A stretch of 64,000 bases of DNA from Eledone cirrhosa (Eukaryota): positions 27,900,001 to 27,964,000 of the forward strand of contig OZ024753.1 in the NCBI GenBank assembly GCA_964016885.1, given 5' to 3'. Shown in pieces: positions 27,108 through 42,622 of this stretch; the first letter of the stretch is position 1, and each line of letters starts with the position of its first letter. The notes beneath the pieces are model-generated. The model was not told the origin of the DNA. It made no database searches and worked only from the letters and a program-made list of their open reading frames with translations. The translations under genes were made by a program, and so were the position numbers.

Positions 27108-28244
27108 TGATGAACTTACACACAGGTTCTGCCTACCAAATTTCACACACAAAGCATTGGTCAACCCAAGGCAACTGTAGAAAATACTTACCCAAGGTAC
27201 CAAGCAGTGAAACTGAACCCAAAACTTCAAGGTTGCAAAACAAACTCCTGCAAAACAATGCCTGCACCTTATGTATGTATCTCAGAGGAAGTCATTAAAC
27301 AAATGCCCTTCTGTATCTACTTATATAACTGTACACAAAATTGTACTGATAGTTGAAGTTGAAAATCAGAACTTCTGAAACATGTTTGTACAATCTGGAC
27401 CTGGCCCAAATTTTGAAATTGAAAACTATATTTATATTAACCTTTTTGTTACCACATTTCTAAAGCCTACGTGGTTTTATTGATTTTGAAAATAATGAAA
27501 ATAAAATTGAAGAATTTAATAAAATAACTTTTCATTAGAAAGTTGATGTGTGGAATATTACAACATTACTTAGGGAAAGTCACTTTAAAAAAATTTATGA
27601 TGGTATGTTTTAATATAAGTATGTGTGCCAGGAGGAGTGACTTTAGGTAAGCAGAAGAGGACAGGGACCCTTTTCCTAGCAGCATGCTGTAAATATCAGG
27701 AAGAGTGACATTACATGAGCAGAAGGGGACTAATACAGAGACTTTCTCGGTTGGTTACAGTAATGAGTGAAAGTATTTTAATGAATTCTTATAAGAACTG
27801 AAGATTTCTTGCCAAAGTTTCAATGTGTAAGTTTAGCAGATTACATCACTAGATGAGAGTGACCTTACAAGGTCGATAAAATAAAGTACAAGTAAGGCAC
27901 TGGAGTCGATTTAATCGACTTTTCTCTCCCCATTAAATTGCTGGCCTTGTGCCTAAAGTAGAAACAATTATTTTACTTAATCAAGGATGGTGGATTGGCA
28001 AAATTGGTAGAGTATTCAACAAAATGTTTTGCAGCATTTACTTATGGCCTTTTACTTCTGAGTTCAAATCCCAGTTAACTTTGCCTTTCATCCTTTTGGG
28101 ATCAAAATAATTGCTGGCCTTATTCCAAAATTAGAAGCTATTATTGTATTTCATTAGTTTATGTAATTGTTCTTCATAAACTCAACATAATATTTTTTTT
28201 CTAAATATTTTTCTTTTTTTTCAAACATCAGATGATTATATATA

Positions 28245-28340
28245 TAGGGTGTCCTAAAAAATGTATACTTTGATTACCTATACAGGCAATATTTATTAGA
28301 ATGCTGTTGAAGTGTGTATACATTTTGGGGGGACACTTTG
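28245..28340. mobile_element. ~100-bp Tc1/mariner-type MITE, 126 bp upstream of the Kv1 splice acceptor
   Basis: AGGGTGTCC...GGACACTTTG|TA, homologous to 6530-6627. Confidence 0.8.
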
Positions 28341-28440
28341 TATATTTGTTTGACTTCATGTTTTTCTTCATCATATTTAAACTGCAAACTTCATATTTTA
28401 TAGATGCCATCATTGTGTCTCTATTCATTTATTGTAACTT

Positions 28441-28466
28441 TATCTCTTTCTTTTCTTTTCTTACAG
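28441..28466 (+). promoter_or_regulatory. 3' splice acceptor (polypyrimidine tract plus CAG) of the Kv1 main exon
   Basis: tatctctttcttttcttttcttacag|G. The frame stays open from 28468 into the channel ORF, implying a phase-2 intron. Confidence 0.85.
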
Positions 28467-29898
28467 GTCTCTGGACTTAAAAAACCCGGATGAAGAGAAC
28501 AACCAGTTGGATGCTGGTAGTGGCTCTCTTCGAATGTACAAGCGGTCAGACCGTGTTATCATCAACGTAAGCGGGCTAAGGTTCGAAACACAAACACGAA
28601 CTCTTAGTCAGTTTCCGGATACGCTGTTAGGTAACCCTAAGAAGCGAAACCGCTATTACGACCCTTACCGCAATGAATATTTCTTTGACAGAAATCGTCC
28701 CAGTTTTGATGCCATCCTTTATTTCTACCACAGTGGTGGTCGACTACGAAGGCCTTCAAATGTACCATTGGATATATTCCTGGAGGAGATTAAGTTTTTC
28801 GAGCTCGGAGAAGAGGTCATTGAAAAATACCGTGCAGAAGAGGGATTTATCAAAGAAGAAGAAAAACCTCTTCCCGAGAACGAATTCCAGCGTCGTGTGT
28901 GGCTACTGGTTGAGCATCCAGAAAGTTCTACACCTGCTCGTGTAATCGCCATAATGTCTGTCAGCATTATTGTTATATCAATCGTTACGTTTTGCTTAGA
29001 AACCTTACCGGAATTCAAACGTTATGAACTTCTCAACGACACCATCATTGTAGATGATGCCATGCCAAAATTTGGCACACCATTTTTCATCATTGAAACC
29101 GGATGCATTATATGGTTTACTATGGAATTGTTAATACGTTTCGCTTCCTGTCCTGTAAAACTGGATTTCTTTAAGGACAGTATGAATGCTATAGATATTG
29201 TGTCGATTATACCTTACTTTATTACTTTAGGGACTGTCATTCAAAATGACACAAATAGTCAAGATAAGCAAAATATGTCATTGGCTATATTAAGGGTTAT
29301 CCGTCTTGTGAGAGTGTTTCGTATCTTTAAACTGTCACGTCATTCCAAAGGGCTTCAAATCCTTGGTCAAACTTTGAAGGCCAGTTTACGAGAGTTAGGT
29401 TTACTGATTTTCTTTCTTGTCATTGGCGTTGTATTGTTCTCCAGTGCAGTGTACTTTGCCGAAGTGGACACTGAAGATAGCCATTTCAAAAGCATTCCCG
29501 ATTCTTTTTGGTGGGCCGTCGTGACCATGACAACCGTCGGTTATGGTGACATGTCGCCAATAGGCGTGTACGGTAAGTTAGTCGGATCACTCTGTGCTAT
29601 TGCTGGAGTGTTGACTATTGCCCTGCCCGTCCCTGTCATTGTGTCAAATTTTAATTATTTCTACCACAGAGACACGGAATCTACTGACGACAAAGAAAGG
29701 TACCACCATGTGACGTCAGCGACGGGTTATTATGATGAAAAGATAAGTTCTTACACATCAGAAGTTGAGTCAGATATTATGGAAATAGATGAGGCAAGTA
29801 TGTACACGGAGAAATGGAAAGAAGGGCACATTAGTAATACGAACAATATAGGGTTTAATCACATCAAAAATAATCTAAGCATGCAGACCGATGTATGA
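28467..29898 (+). CDS. Kv1.1: Shaker-family (Kv1) voltage-gated potassium channel alpha subunit, main coding exon; probable orthologue of cephalopod delayed-rectifier Kv1.1
   Basis: T1 domain ([13 protein letters not shown]...[14 protein letters not shown]), S1-S3, S4 ([19 protein letters not shown]), pore TMTTVGYGD at 29524-29550, S6 PVP and C-terminal PDZ ligand QTDV. The ORF-track start at 28507 is TTG. The frame extends upstream as [15 protein letters not shown] to the acceptor. Confidence 0.98.
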
Positions 29899-30144
29899 AA
29901 TATGGAGTATGCTTTTTAAAGTTGAAGAAGAAAAAGAAGATTATGTAGAAGATGATGATGATGTAAACTGAAGAAAACATGAAGATGAACAGAAATATAA
30001 TCATCTGATGTTTGAAAGAAAGAAAAAATATTTAGAAAAAAATATGTTAAGTTTATGAAGAACAATTAATTAATATAATAATTGAATACAATAACACAGT
30101 CCTCTTCGTAAATGACAGAAATGAGTAAAAATTTGAAAAATTTT

Positions 30145-30150
30145 AATAAA
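30145..30150 (+). promoter_or_regulatory. Candidate polyadenylation signal
   Basis: First clear AATAAA after the stop codon. Weak evidence in AT-rich DNA. Confidence 0.25.
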
Positions 30151-30294
30151 ATAGAGGAATCATAATCATAAATTGGAAATTTATTGAAAGAAAATCAAGA
30201 CCCCAAACGAAAATGATTTATAAAAAAAATCAGTAGAACCACTTTTCAGGAGAACTTCTGTTGTTATAATTACTGTGATTATAATATATCTTCA

Positions 30295-30995
30295 CCTGTT
30301 GGTTCTGATTTCGAATCTTGCCAGAAGTGACTGACATTGCCTTTCATCCCTTCTGGCATGATTCTATGAAATATTAATAAACTGGAGCCGATTCAAAAGA
30401 CTGTAATACCCATCTCTTACAAGACATTATATTGGCATTTTGCCAAATAGATTGATATCGTTAAAAGTCTTCCTTCTTAATGATACCAAGATCAAATCCC
30501 GCCAGGGTCAACTTTGCCTTTCATCCCCCAGGGGATTGATAAACGAAGTACCAGTCATACCAGTGGTACACTGGCATCGTAGTCGACTTTACCCCCTTCC
30601 CACTACAGAAATTGGCCTTGCGTGCCTAGTCAAAAGCGATTATTATTATTATCATCATTATTATTATTAATAATACTAATATTATTATTATTATGTCCAT
30701 TTTGCCTCTAGGGGTTAACTTTGCCTTTCACCCCTCCAGAAGAGGGAGCGATAAAATTAATACCAGTGATACACTGGTTTTAGTTTGACTTACCATCCTT
30801 CTACTTACATCAAATTGGCCTTTTGCCTCAACAAAGAAAGTCGTTATTATAATAATAATAATTATTATCATCATTATTATTAGTATTATTGTTATTAGTT
30901 ATTATTCGACTTTGATACCGAGGTCGTTTAACTTTGCCTTCCATCTTACCGAAACTTTTGATTAAAAATATGTACCAGTAATTACAATTGGATCA
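30295..30995 (+). mobile_element. Cluster of four degenerate same-orientation SINE A cores in the putative 3' UTR
   Basis: ttgcctt(t/c)ca(t/c)c...taaa...taccag motif near 30338, 30514, 30721 and 30933. Confidence 0.7.
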
Positions 30996-31584
30996 ATTAT
31001 ACGGCTATACCTACACAACAATTTTACCAACAAAAAATTAAAATAAAATAATAAGAAAAGAAAATAAGAAAAAAGGAAGAAAGAAAACTGGCCATGTGAA
31101 ATATAATGGAATACACAATAACAAATTCTTGGATATCAAAGAAAAAAAACCAACAACAGTAATTAGCAATAAGAAGAACCACAACAGCAACAATACTAAC
31201 ACCACCAACAGCAATATTTGCAGGGAAATGGACAAAGGCAGTTGAATAGGTACATTATTATATAATGTCAATAAAAAAAAACTGATTCTATGTGTGTGTG
31301 TATGTGTTAGTGTGTAAAGCACAGTAAAAAAAGAAAAATGATGAATGGAATGATAATTATGAAGCGAATTAATTAAAAAAATTAAAAAAAAAAAATTAAT
31401 AAAAGGGCCGCGAGATTGCGGAACAGTCGGCTGTTATTTTTTTTTTTTTCCACTTATTGGGTTTCATCATCTGCATACAAATTTGTCCGAGGATCTTGGC
31501 ATTTATCACAGCTTGAGGAGTGACTTTCTTCCTGTTACTCACTCACCTGGGACATCTTTGTGGCAATATCTGTCCTTTACAATA

Positions 31585-34630
<3,046 letters not shown>

Positions 34631-34786
34631 AAAAGCATGTAAGCCCTATATTCAAGCTGAAAGAATGTAAGGTTGAATGTAGTGTTTACATGTTTTTAAA
34701 TAATATTTACACTCTAATCTCTTTAAAGTATACATTACAAAGATGTGTAATGGTCTTAATAGTATCAATTAGTAATATCTTATCCT

Positions 34787-34832
<46 letters not shown>

Positions 34833-35316
34833 GCAGTTACATAAGATAAACAAGCAACTGCATACATACATGTGTGTGTGTATATATATATATCTACACA
34901 CACAGACATACAAACACATACACATGTATGCATGCACTAACACATATACACCCACACAAAATATGCCAAGTGAGACTATATTAGTTTTATCAAATTGGTG
35001 AGGGCCGTTGAGCAATGGATAAGCTAGCGGTGAGTTGAGTCCACAACAGAGTTTCAGTTTCCAGTCAAAACCATTTAACTTCATTTTTTACATAATCACA
35101 TTGATGCTCACTCCCACCCTCCCTCTCTCTCTCTATGTATATATATTCCCCTTCTTTTAAATGATTAATTAAATAAAAGAGTGTGGCACTTGCACCACTA
35201 GAATTAATTAATCCAAGTGTATGACAGCTTAACCACTTCATGTCGATTGTACGATTCTATAGATGGTAAGGATCATTATAGGTTGGTACTCAATGGAATA
35301 TTGATAGATGAATTAA

Positions 35317-35425
35317 CCTTTAGCACGCTGAATTGTTTTAATGAATTGCTTCCCTTGACACTGCATTATGTATTAAGGGGAGATTACTCTATTGGCGATA
35401 TAAGGCACCTAGAGCGCACTAAAGG
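35317..35425. mobile_element. Small TTAA-flanked piggyBac-type MITE
   Basis: TTAA|CCTTTAGCACGCT...AGCGCACTAAAGG|TTAA. Confidence 0.75.
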
Positions 35426-36179
35426 TTAATACGAAAGCAGAATGGTAATTTTTCCATATTTTATTTGGTTGCATAACATGTCATACATACCACTTCTGGG
35501 TATGTCCTGGTGGCAATCAAGCAAACCATGTCAAATGGACAAGCCCTCTATACATAGTAATGTCAACAACAACAAAATCTATTGATATTCCAGTTTTGGT
35601 GTCATTTTGGTTTATGACACCCAAACTGGCATATTGATATATATTTCTTCTGAGATTAGTATAATTTATTTTGTCTGAAAAAGGCTTGTATGTTTGAAGT
35701 TGTTTGCATGATTGCTCCATGGACATTCCTAGAACTGCATACCATGACACATTATAAAAACAAATAAAATATGAAAAATTAACATCATGTCTTTGTATTA
35801 ATTCACATGTGTGTGTGTGTAGACAGAGAAGGTCTTCAGTTTTGATCTATTTACCCTGATAGTACCAAATTTTTCCTAATGGGCAAATTGACCATAAACT
35901 GTATACTATCAAAAACCACTATTAACATCAACATTTTCTATTGCTAGCATTAGACAGTTCCATATATGCAATAGTTTTTGTTATTGTTATTGTTATTGAT
36001 GTTGTTGTTATTATTATTGTTGTTATTGTTATTATATCAAAAAGATTTTTTTTTTTGCTGACATGATAAAGTTTGCAAAATTATAGTTGCAGAAACCGAG
36101 TGTGTGTGTATGGATATGTATATATGGATATGTATATGCGTATGTATATATATACGTATGTGTATAGATATATATACGC

Positions 36180-36215
<36 letters not shown>

Positions 36216-36258
36216 GTGTATATATGTATATTTATATATGTGTATATATTTATATGTT

Positions 36259-36289
<31 letters not shown>

Positions 36290-37377
36290 AATAATATGAT
36301 TAAATGTAAATATATTAATAATAGTAAAAGTAATAATAATAATGGAAACAGTAATAATAATGGTTTCCAAGTTAGACACAAAGCCAACAGTTTGGGGGAA
36401 AAGGAAAGTCAGTTAAGTTGACCCTATTGTGTTTATTAGCACTTTATTTCATCGACCCCCCATAAAAATGAAAAGCAAAGCTAAACTTTTACTAATTATA
36501 TAATGATAATAGGCTAATAAGTAAGGTAAATATTTTCATGAGTAAGGACTAAATGTGGGCTAATAGTTGACATGCATAATTTTGTGCTGACTGGTGTGGA
36601 TATATAGTGAAAATATAGAGCATATAGATTATGAAAATTATACACACGCACATGTGCACACACACACACATGCACATTTACATATAGATACATATATATA
36701 TATGCAAACATATATACATATATACAAAAAGTGAGTATAAAGTTTGATTGTTCTTAGCTACGACATCTGCATATTCACCATACTATCCATTAGGATATAA
36801 TGTTGGGGTGTAATGTTTTATACAGTTTATGTTTACAAGCCGAAATTACCTCTGATTTTTTTGTTCAAAATACATTCATTGGCGTAAAGTATTTCCAGGG
36901 CTTCAGCAGTGCAAAGATCATAAGATCATTTATTTCCATTATAGGATCTAGCTTTAGCTAAGATCTCCCAACATAATCTATATCAGATGTTCTTTATTTT
37001 TAAACTCCAGATAAAGGCCGAAAGTGAAAAGCTATTCCTTCTTAAAGGATTTTGAAATTAATGAGAATGCATGTATAAGCGCTGCTTAAATCTATTGACT
37101 GTTACCCATATATAAGCCTTACTAGCAGTGTGTATATCAACCTTACACTTATAAACTGTATAGTTTGATAGGCATTTTACTGCTAGAAGGACAGTAGTAC
37201 CTATTGATACACTGTATCTGTATGTAGACCATTTTCTGTATGTATATATATATATGTATATATATGTATGTATATATATATATGTGTATATATATGTATG
37301 TATATGTATATATGTGTATATATATATATATATATTAAATTCAATAAGACCAAGGATTAATAATATTGTTATTTATT

Positions 37378-37504
37378 CATACATCTACGAACGTTTCAAT
37401 GCGACCAGATTATTTCATCAATAGTTGAGAAAAGACAGATATCATCAGTTAAGTAACTCTATTATAGATGCTTTACTCTAAGCCATATCTCTTCAGAAAA
37501 TATA
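37378..37504 (-). ncRNA. Type I hammerhead ribozyme-like motif (opposite arm)
   Basis: Minus strand reads tatatttt-CTGAAGA-gatatggc...gtcgcatt-GAAAC-gttc-GTA-gatgtatg. Confidence 0.55.
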
Positions 37505-37670
37505 TTAAAAATAACAACTTGTTTAGAATCATAAGACAAATTATCAAGAATTATATAAGATTCATAGTGCAAAAGCAGATGTATAAGCTTGTGAAACATA
37601 CTTATTTGGACATGCAAGAGATAAAGAGTTATGTGTGTTTTTCATAAATATGTTAAAATACATTTTTATC

Positions 37671-37796
37671 ATATTTCCTGAAGAGATATGGCTTAGAGTA
37701 AAGCATCTATAATGGAGTTACTTAACTTATGATATCTGTCTTTTTTCAACTATTGATGAAATAATCTGGTCGCATTGAAACGTTCGTAGGTGTGTA
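37671..37796 (+). ncRNA. Type I hammerhead ribozyme-like motif
   Basis: CTGAAGA at 37678-37684, stem II GATATGGC/GTCGCATT, GAAAC at 37777-37781, stem III AC(GTTC)GT, GUA triplet at 37786-37788, and a wobble-rich stem I. Confidence 0.55.
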
Positions 37797-37839
37797 AATA
37801 GATAATATTATTAATCCTAGGTCTTACTGAATTTTGAAT

Positions 37840-37896
<57 letters not shown>

Positions 37897-38398
37897 TTGC
37901 AACAATTCAACACAGATCTTTCTGATGTACTCACACATTCACACATGCATACACAACTATTCACAAAGATGAATTTATACTCCCACTCCACATACATACA
38001 TTACTGCATACTCAGATTCACCTACATTTGACAAACATATGTCTATATATGTTTATTATTGTTTGTAATATAGTATTAAATATAGTATTATTTATATATA
38101 TATATCAACAGCGTGTGATAATTTCCTGTATAAGTGTGTGTGTATATATGTATATATATATGTCTATATATATATCTGTGTGTGATGTTGACGGACATGA
38201 GAATCTGATGATCCTGTGAGTTCACAGTTGAAACTCTAGAATAACAAGATATATCACTTCACCTTAATCAGACCTGCAAACCTCTAAAATCCCAAACGAG
38301 GAGAAATGAGGCAAAATGGGGAAATTTTACATAATTAAAGCTATACCCATTATCATATGAGAAGACATCTCATCATAACTATATAGGAATCGTTATTA

Positions 38399-38585
38399 TG
38401 CGGTGAATTGGCAGTATCGGTAGAGTGTCGGACATGCTTTCCAGCATAGTTACATCCCTTTACGATCTGAGTTCAAATCCCGCCGAGGTTAACTTTGCCT
38501 TTCATCCTTACGGGGTCGATAAAATAAAGTACCAGTAATGTACTGGAATAATTGCTGGCCTTGTGCCAAAAGTAGAAACAGTTAT
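38399..38585 (+). mobile_element. SINE family A
   Basis: Head, B-box, core and tail are all present. Confidence 0.85.
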
Positions 38586-38961
38586 TATGCCCAGAAATAC
38601 TTTATTAGAAACTGAAACTTTAGATGTGTGTGTCTTGGTATTTATTTGGTAGAGGCTTTTTGTTAATCAACTGAACATATCTATTAAGGTATTATAAAAA
38701 TATTCACATGTCTGTTCTCCTCTTATTAAGCAGTCACTAATATTTATTACTTAATATATTAAGAATAATAATATATTCCATTTGCCACATATATATCATC
38801 ATCATTTAACGTCTGTTTTTTCTGTGTCAGTGTATGTATGCATGATTTCCTGCTCTAGATTGCTCTTTAATCAACATAATTTCAGGTATAGTTTTTGTTT
38901 ATATATATAGGTGGGTGTCGGTGGGGATCTACATATTTCCCCTCCCTCCATTTATCTCCCC

Positions 38962-38999
<38 letters not shown>

Positions 39000-39489
39000 A
39001 ATATATGTATCAGTATATATGCTGTGACATTTGTTTGTCTTTCAAAACCTGTACCTTAGAAGTCTTTCCCCAGTCTGTTTTGGCAGAGCAATGACAGTCA
39101 CAACCGCAGCAAACCTCAGCTTATTTCTACTTTTAAACCCTCTTCACCAAGTTCTAACATTCCAGCTTCCAGCAAGAGTAATCACTTGCAATATTCCCTC
39201 ACCTCTTGATACTCATCTTCAGTCACTTGATGTCTCTCTTGCAGTTTTGGTGGGTATCTTCCCATCTGGCATGTTATTACGTGCTTCAAGATAAGAACTT
39301 CTTAAGGGGTGGTGAGGCGGCGGTCAAATTGCTAGGATACTCTTTGATAATTGATTTTTTTTTTATATCTCTACATTTCATATGTGAGATTCCACTGTGG
39401 CATGTTAATTCACTGAGAATCCTATTTCATCTTTTTTTAATTATCTCCTTTGTTCACCCAGACAGAGTCACAAACAATTACCACTAGGT

Positions 39490-40285
39490 AACAACAGTTA
39501 TATTACACTGAGAGAGAAACTGGGCATAAGAGGGATTAGATGCAGTGTGCAAGAGAGAAAAGTGCATTGATATGGACATGTGATGTGTATGATGGATCAC
39601 AGCTGTATAAAAAGGTGCAGGGCAGTCAAAGTTGATGAAATCTATGAAGTAGGAAGACATAGGATAATTTGGGATGAAGTGATAAAAGCTTACCTTTCAC
39701 AAATGCACATCTCAAAAGCAATGACACAGGATCAAGATCTTTGGTATTATGCAGCAATACAGTAGACCAGCCTTCCTATGTGAATGGGTTGAAGCATGCA
39801 TCTAGCATGCATCACTTCCCCTACCTCTCCCTCCCCACTTCCATACACCTCCCATGTCCTAACACTTAACCCTTCATCCATGTCCCTATACCCCCTACCC
39901 TGCACCAGATAAGTGCCCCACCCTAGATTTACCTCTACAAACCCCTTGCACCTCCCTCACTCCAGCCTCTAGTCCACACTGTAAAGTGGTCATGCAAGTG
40001 TCACGACAAAAAGCCTCCAGTCCACACTGTAAGGTGATCATGTAGGTGTCACGACAAAAAGCCCCAGTCCACACTGTAAGGTGATCATATAGGTGTCATG
40101 ATAATAAGCTCCCAGTCCACTCTGTATATATGGTTGGCATTAGGAAGAGCATCCAAATGTGGAAACCAAGCCAAAATCAGTTCTGTATGAGGAAGACAGT
40201 CATCTGATGTGGCTTGTCTCACAATGGGATGATTTGTCTAACCCTTGCTAGTGTAGAAAAATGGACGTTAAACAATGATGATGGT
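39490..40285 (+). pseudogene. RTE-like LINE 3' end including a ~50-bp internal tandem repeat
   Basis: YGHVMCMMDHSCIKRC...VGRHRIIWDEVIK. cagtccacactgtaa repeats about 4 times at 39970-40125. The tail gacgttaaacaatgatgat is shared with the SINEs. Confidence 0.65.
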
Positions 40286-40459
40286 GTATTCTAGGGAATG
40301 ATGTTTCTAAAGTATTTCTTCTATATGTTGAATCAAATGTATTTTCTCTCATCCATGGTTTTCGTGTTCCAAAACAATAAGGGTTGATTATCAAAAACCT
40401 GATACCGATTAATCTGTGAAATTGTAGATATTGATTATCTGCCAATTAATTAGTCCAAT

Positions 40460-40544
<85 letters not shown>

Positions 40545-41477
40545 GTTACAACAGTGACATATACAAGAACTTAAGTTCCATTGGGTCATATACATAACTA
40601 GTTACAACAGTGATATATACAGGTACTTAAGTTCCGTTGGGTTATAAGTGTATATACATACACTTATTTCTGTGTGCATGTATATTTGTGTGAATATGTG
40701 AATATATTATGTATATATAAAAATGTAACCATATATATTTTGTATTATGTCTTTTATACATTGATTATTTTTACGTTCTGATTTCAAATCCCACCGAGGT
40801 TAGCTTTCGCTTTCATCCTTACAGGGTCGATAAGATAAAGTACCTGTAATGTACTGGGGTCGATTTAATTGACTTTCCTCTCCCCCAAAATTACTGACCT
40901 TGTGCCTATAGTAGAAACATTTATTATTATTATTATTTAAAGATGGCAGTGGATTGGCAGAGTTGTTAGAGTTCTGACTCATTACATTCTAAGTTCAAAT
41001 CCTGCTGAAGTCAACTTTTCCTTTTATTCTTCCAATGTTGATAAAATCAAATCAGTCAATAGTCTATATAGAACAAAAGGCCACTGGGTTTTTAACTTGA
41101 ATTTTAAAGTTAAAATTTATCCTGAGCCTAGAGGCTCACCAGGTTGATTTCTAGCTACTACTTACACACATTTTTTCAGCTAAGTGCCCTTGTGGTTAGG
41201 GAGGGGGAGGGGCTACGATCTTGATTATAAGGTTGTGGCATCAAATCCCAATCCAGGTGGTGTACTGTGTTCTTGAGCAAGGCACTCATTTCATGTTGTT
41301 TAATTAAACACTGATACATTGTGTATCTCAGATAAAAGTAGATAAATATAGGAAGATATTTATGCATCATTCACTATGGAAACTAGAACTATTGACTAGA
41401 TCCTTGGGTCATTGGTATTCTGACATGGATTAGCATAGCTTCATGTGAATAATCATTGATATACATATGTATGTGTG

Positions 41478-41512
<35 letters not shown>

Positions 41513-41779
41513 GTATGTGTGTGTATATATGTATATATATTTATATATGTATGTGTGTATGTGTAGATATATATATATAAAGTATATGTGTATGTATATA
41601 TTTATATATATGTATGTGTGTATATATATATATATAGTATATGCGTATATAGAGCATACATTATGTATGTATATATATGTGTGTGTGTATGCATGTGTGC
41701 TTTTGACAAGTATATGACATTTTTTTTACAACTTCCATTCCATGTAATTTATGTAAATATATGCACAAAGATGTTTTTG

Positions 41780-42170
41780 TTGCACAGTTTGAACAGACTT
41801 GGTGTTATAAGGCCAGACACTAGAACTTAATAGATCCCCAAGTGATATCAGCTGAGCTCATGGATGTTATCCAATCATTTTGCTTTGGGTCTTCCGTTGG
41901 GTCTTCTGCGAGTTGGTTTTTGCCTGTAAAACCTGTTTTGTGATTCTTTCCTGAGACATTTTAACCACATGTCCATAATATTGGAGCTGTGTTCTCTCAA
42001 TTTGAAGAAGTAATGACTATATCTGGAATGACTCCCTGTTCTCTGAGCCATGCACCCTATCAAGTAAGGTTACTCCAAAAACCTTTCGGAGGAACCCCAT
42101 TTTGGTCACTTGTATTCACCATCATATTCTCTTGATCATTACACAAGATTCATGACCATAGGTAAGGGTT
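41780..42170 (-). pseudogene. RTE-like LINE fragment
   Basis: Degenerate ...PTRRRPNGRPKAK*LDNIHEL motif, related to 4706-5020. Confidence 0.5.
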
Positions 42171-42542
42171 GGTATGAATACTGAATTGAAGAAGGAACAC
42201 AAATGATTTAGGAAAATTAAAATAGGTTGTGGGATAAAAAGTTTGAAAAACACTACTATGTGTGAAGATATTGTAGTGTGTGAACTCTGGCTTATGACTC
42301 AACTCTGCAGCAATGTTTTTATTTGTATTTTTTATATTCATTTTAACACTTGTCCGTTATCAGCTACAACATAGCTGGTTGCAAACATTTATGGAACTCT
42401 GATAGCCGAATAATACATTTATATATATGCATGTGTATGTATTTATGTATGTAATGCAAATTTATATACATGTATATATATTAGGATACATGTATGTATC
42501 TTAATATATATGCCTATAAATGCATATATATATGTTTATATG

Positions 42543-42579
<37 letters not shown>

Positions 42580-42587
42580 GTTTATAT

Positions 42588-42622
<35 letters not shown>

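Larger units (their letters stand above)
37337..37836. mobile_element. Fold-back element (~175-bp inverted arms, ~150-bp spacer) in (TA)n; Penelope pLTR-like, each arm with a hammerhead motif
   Basis: Arms ~37337-37511 and ~37660-37836 are highly complementary. CTGAAGA...GAAAC-GTTC-GTA is present in each arm. Confidence 0.8.

Noticed and set aside
28507-28509. ORF-track start 'M' of the channel
   Set aside because: The codon is TTG. The frame is open upstream to a strong splice acceptor at 28466.
28673-29018. Overlapping alternate-frame and antisense ORFs within Kv1
   Set aside because: Short shadows of the real CDS with no recognisable motifs.
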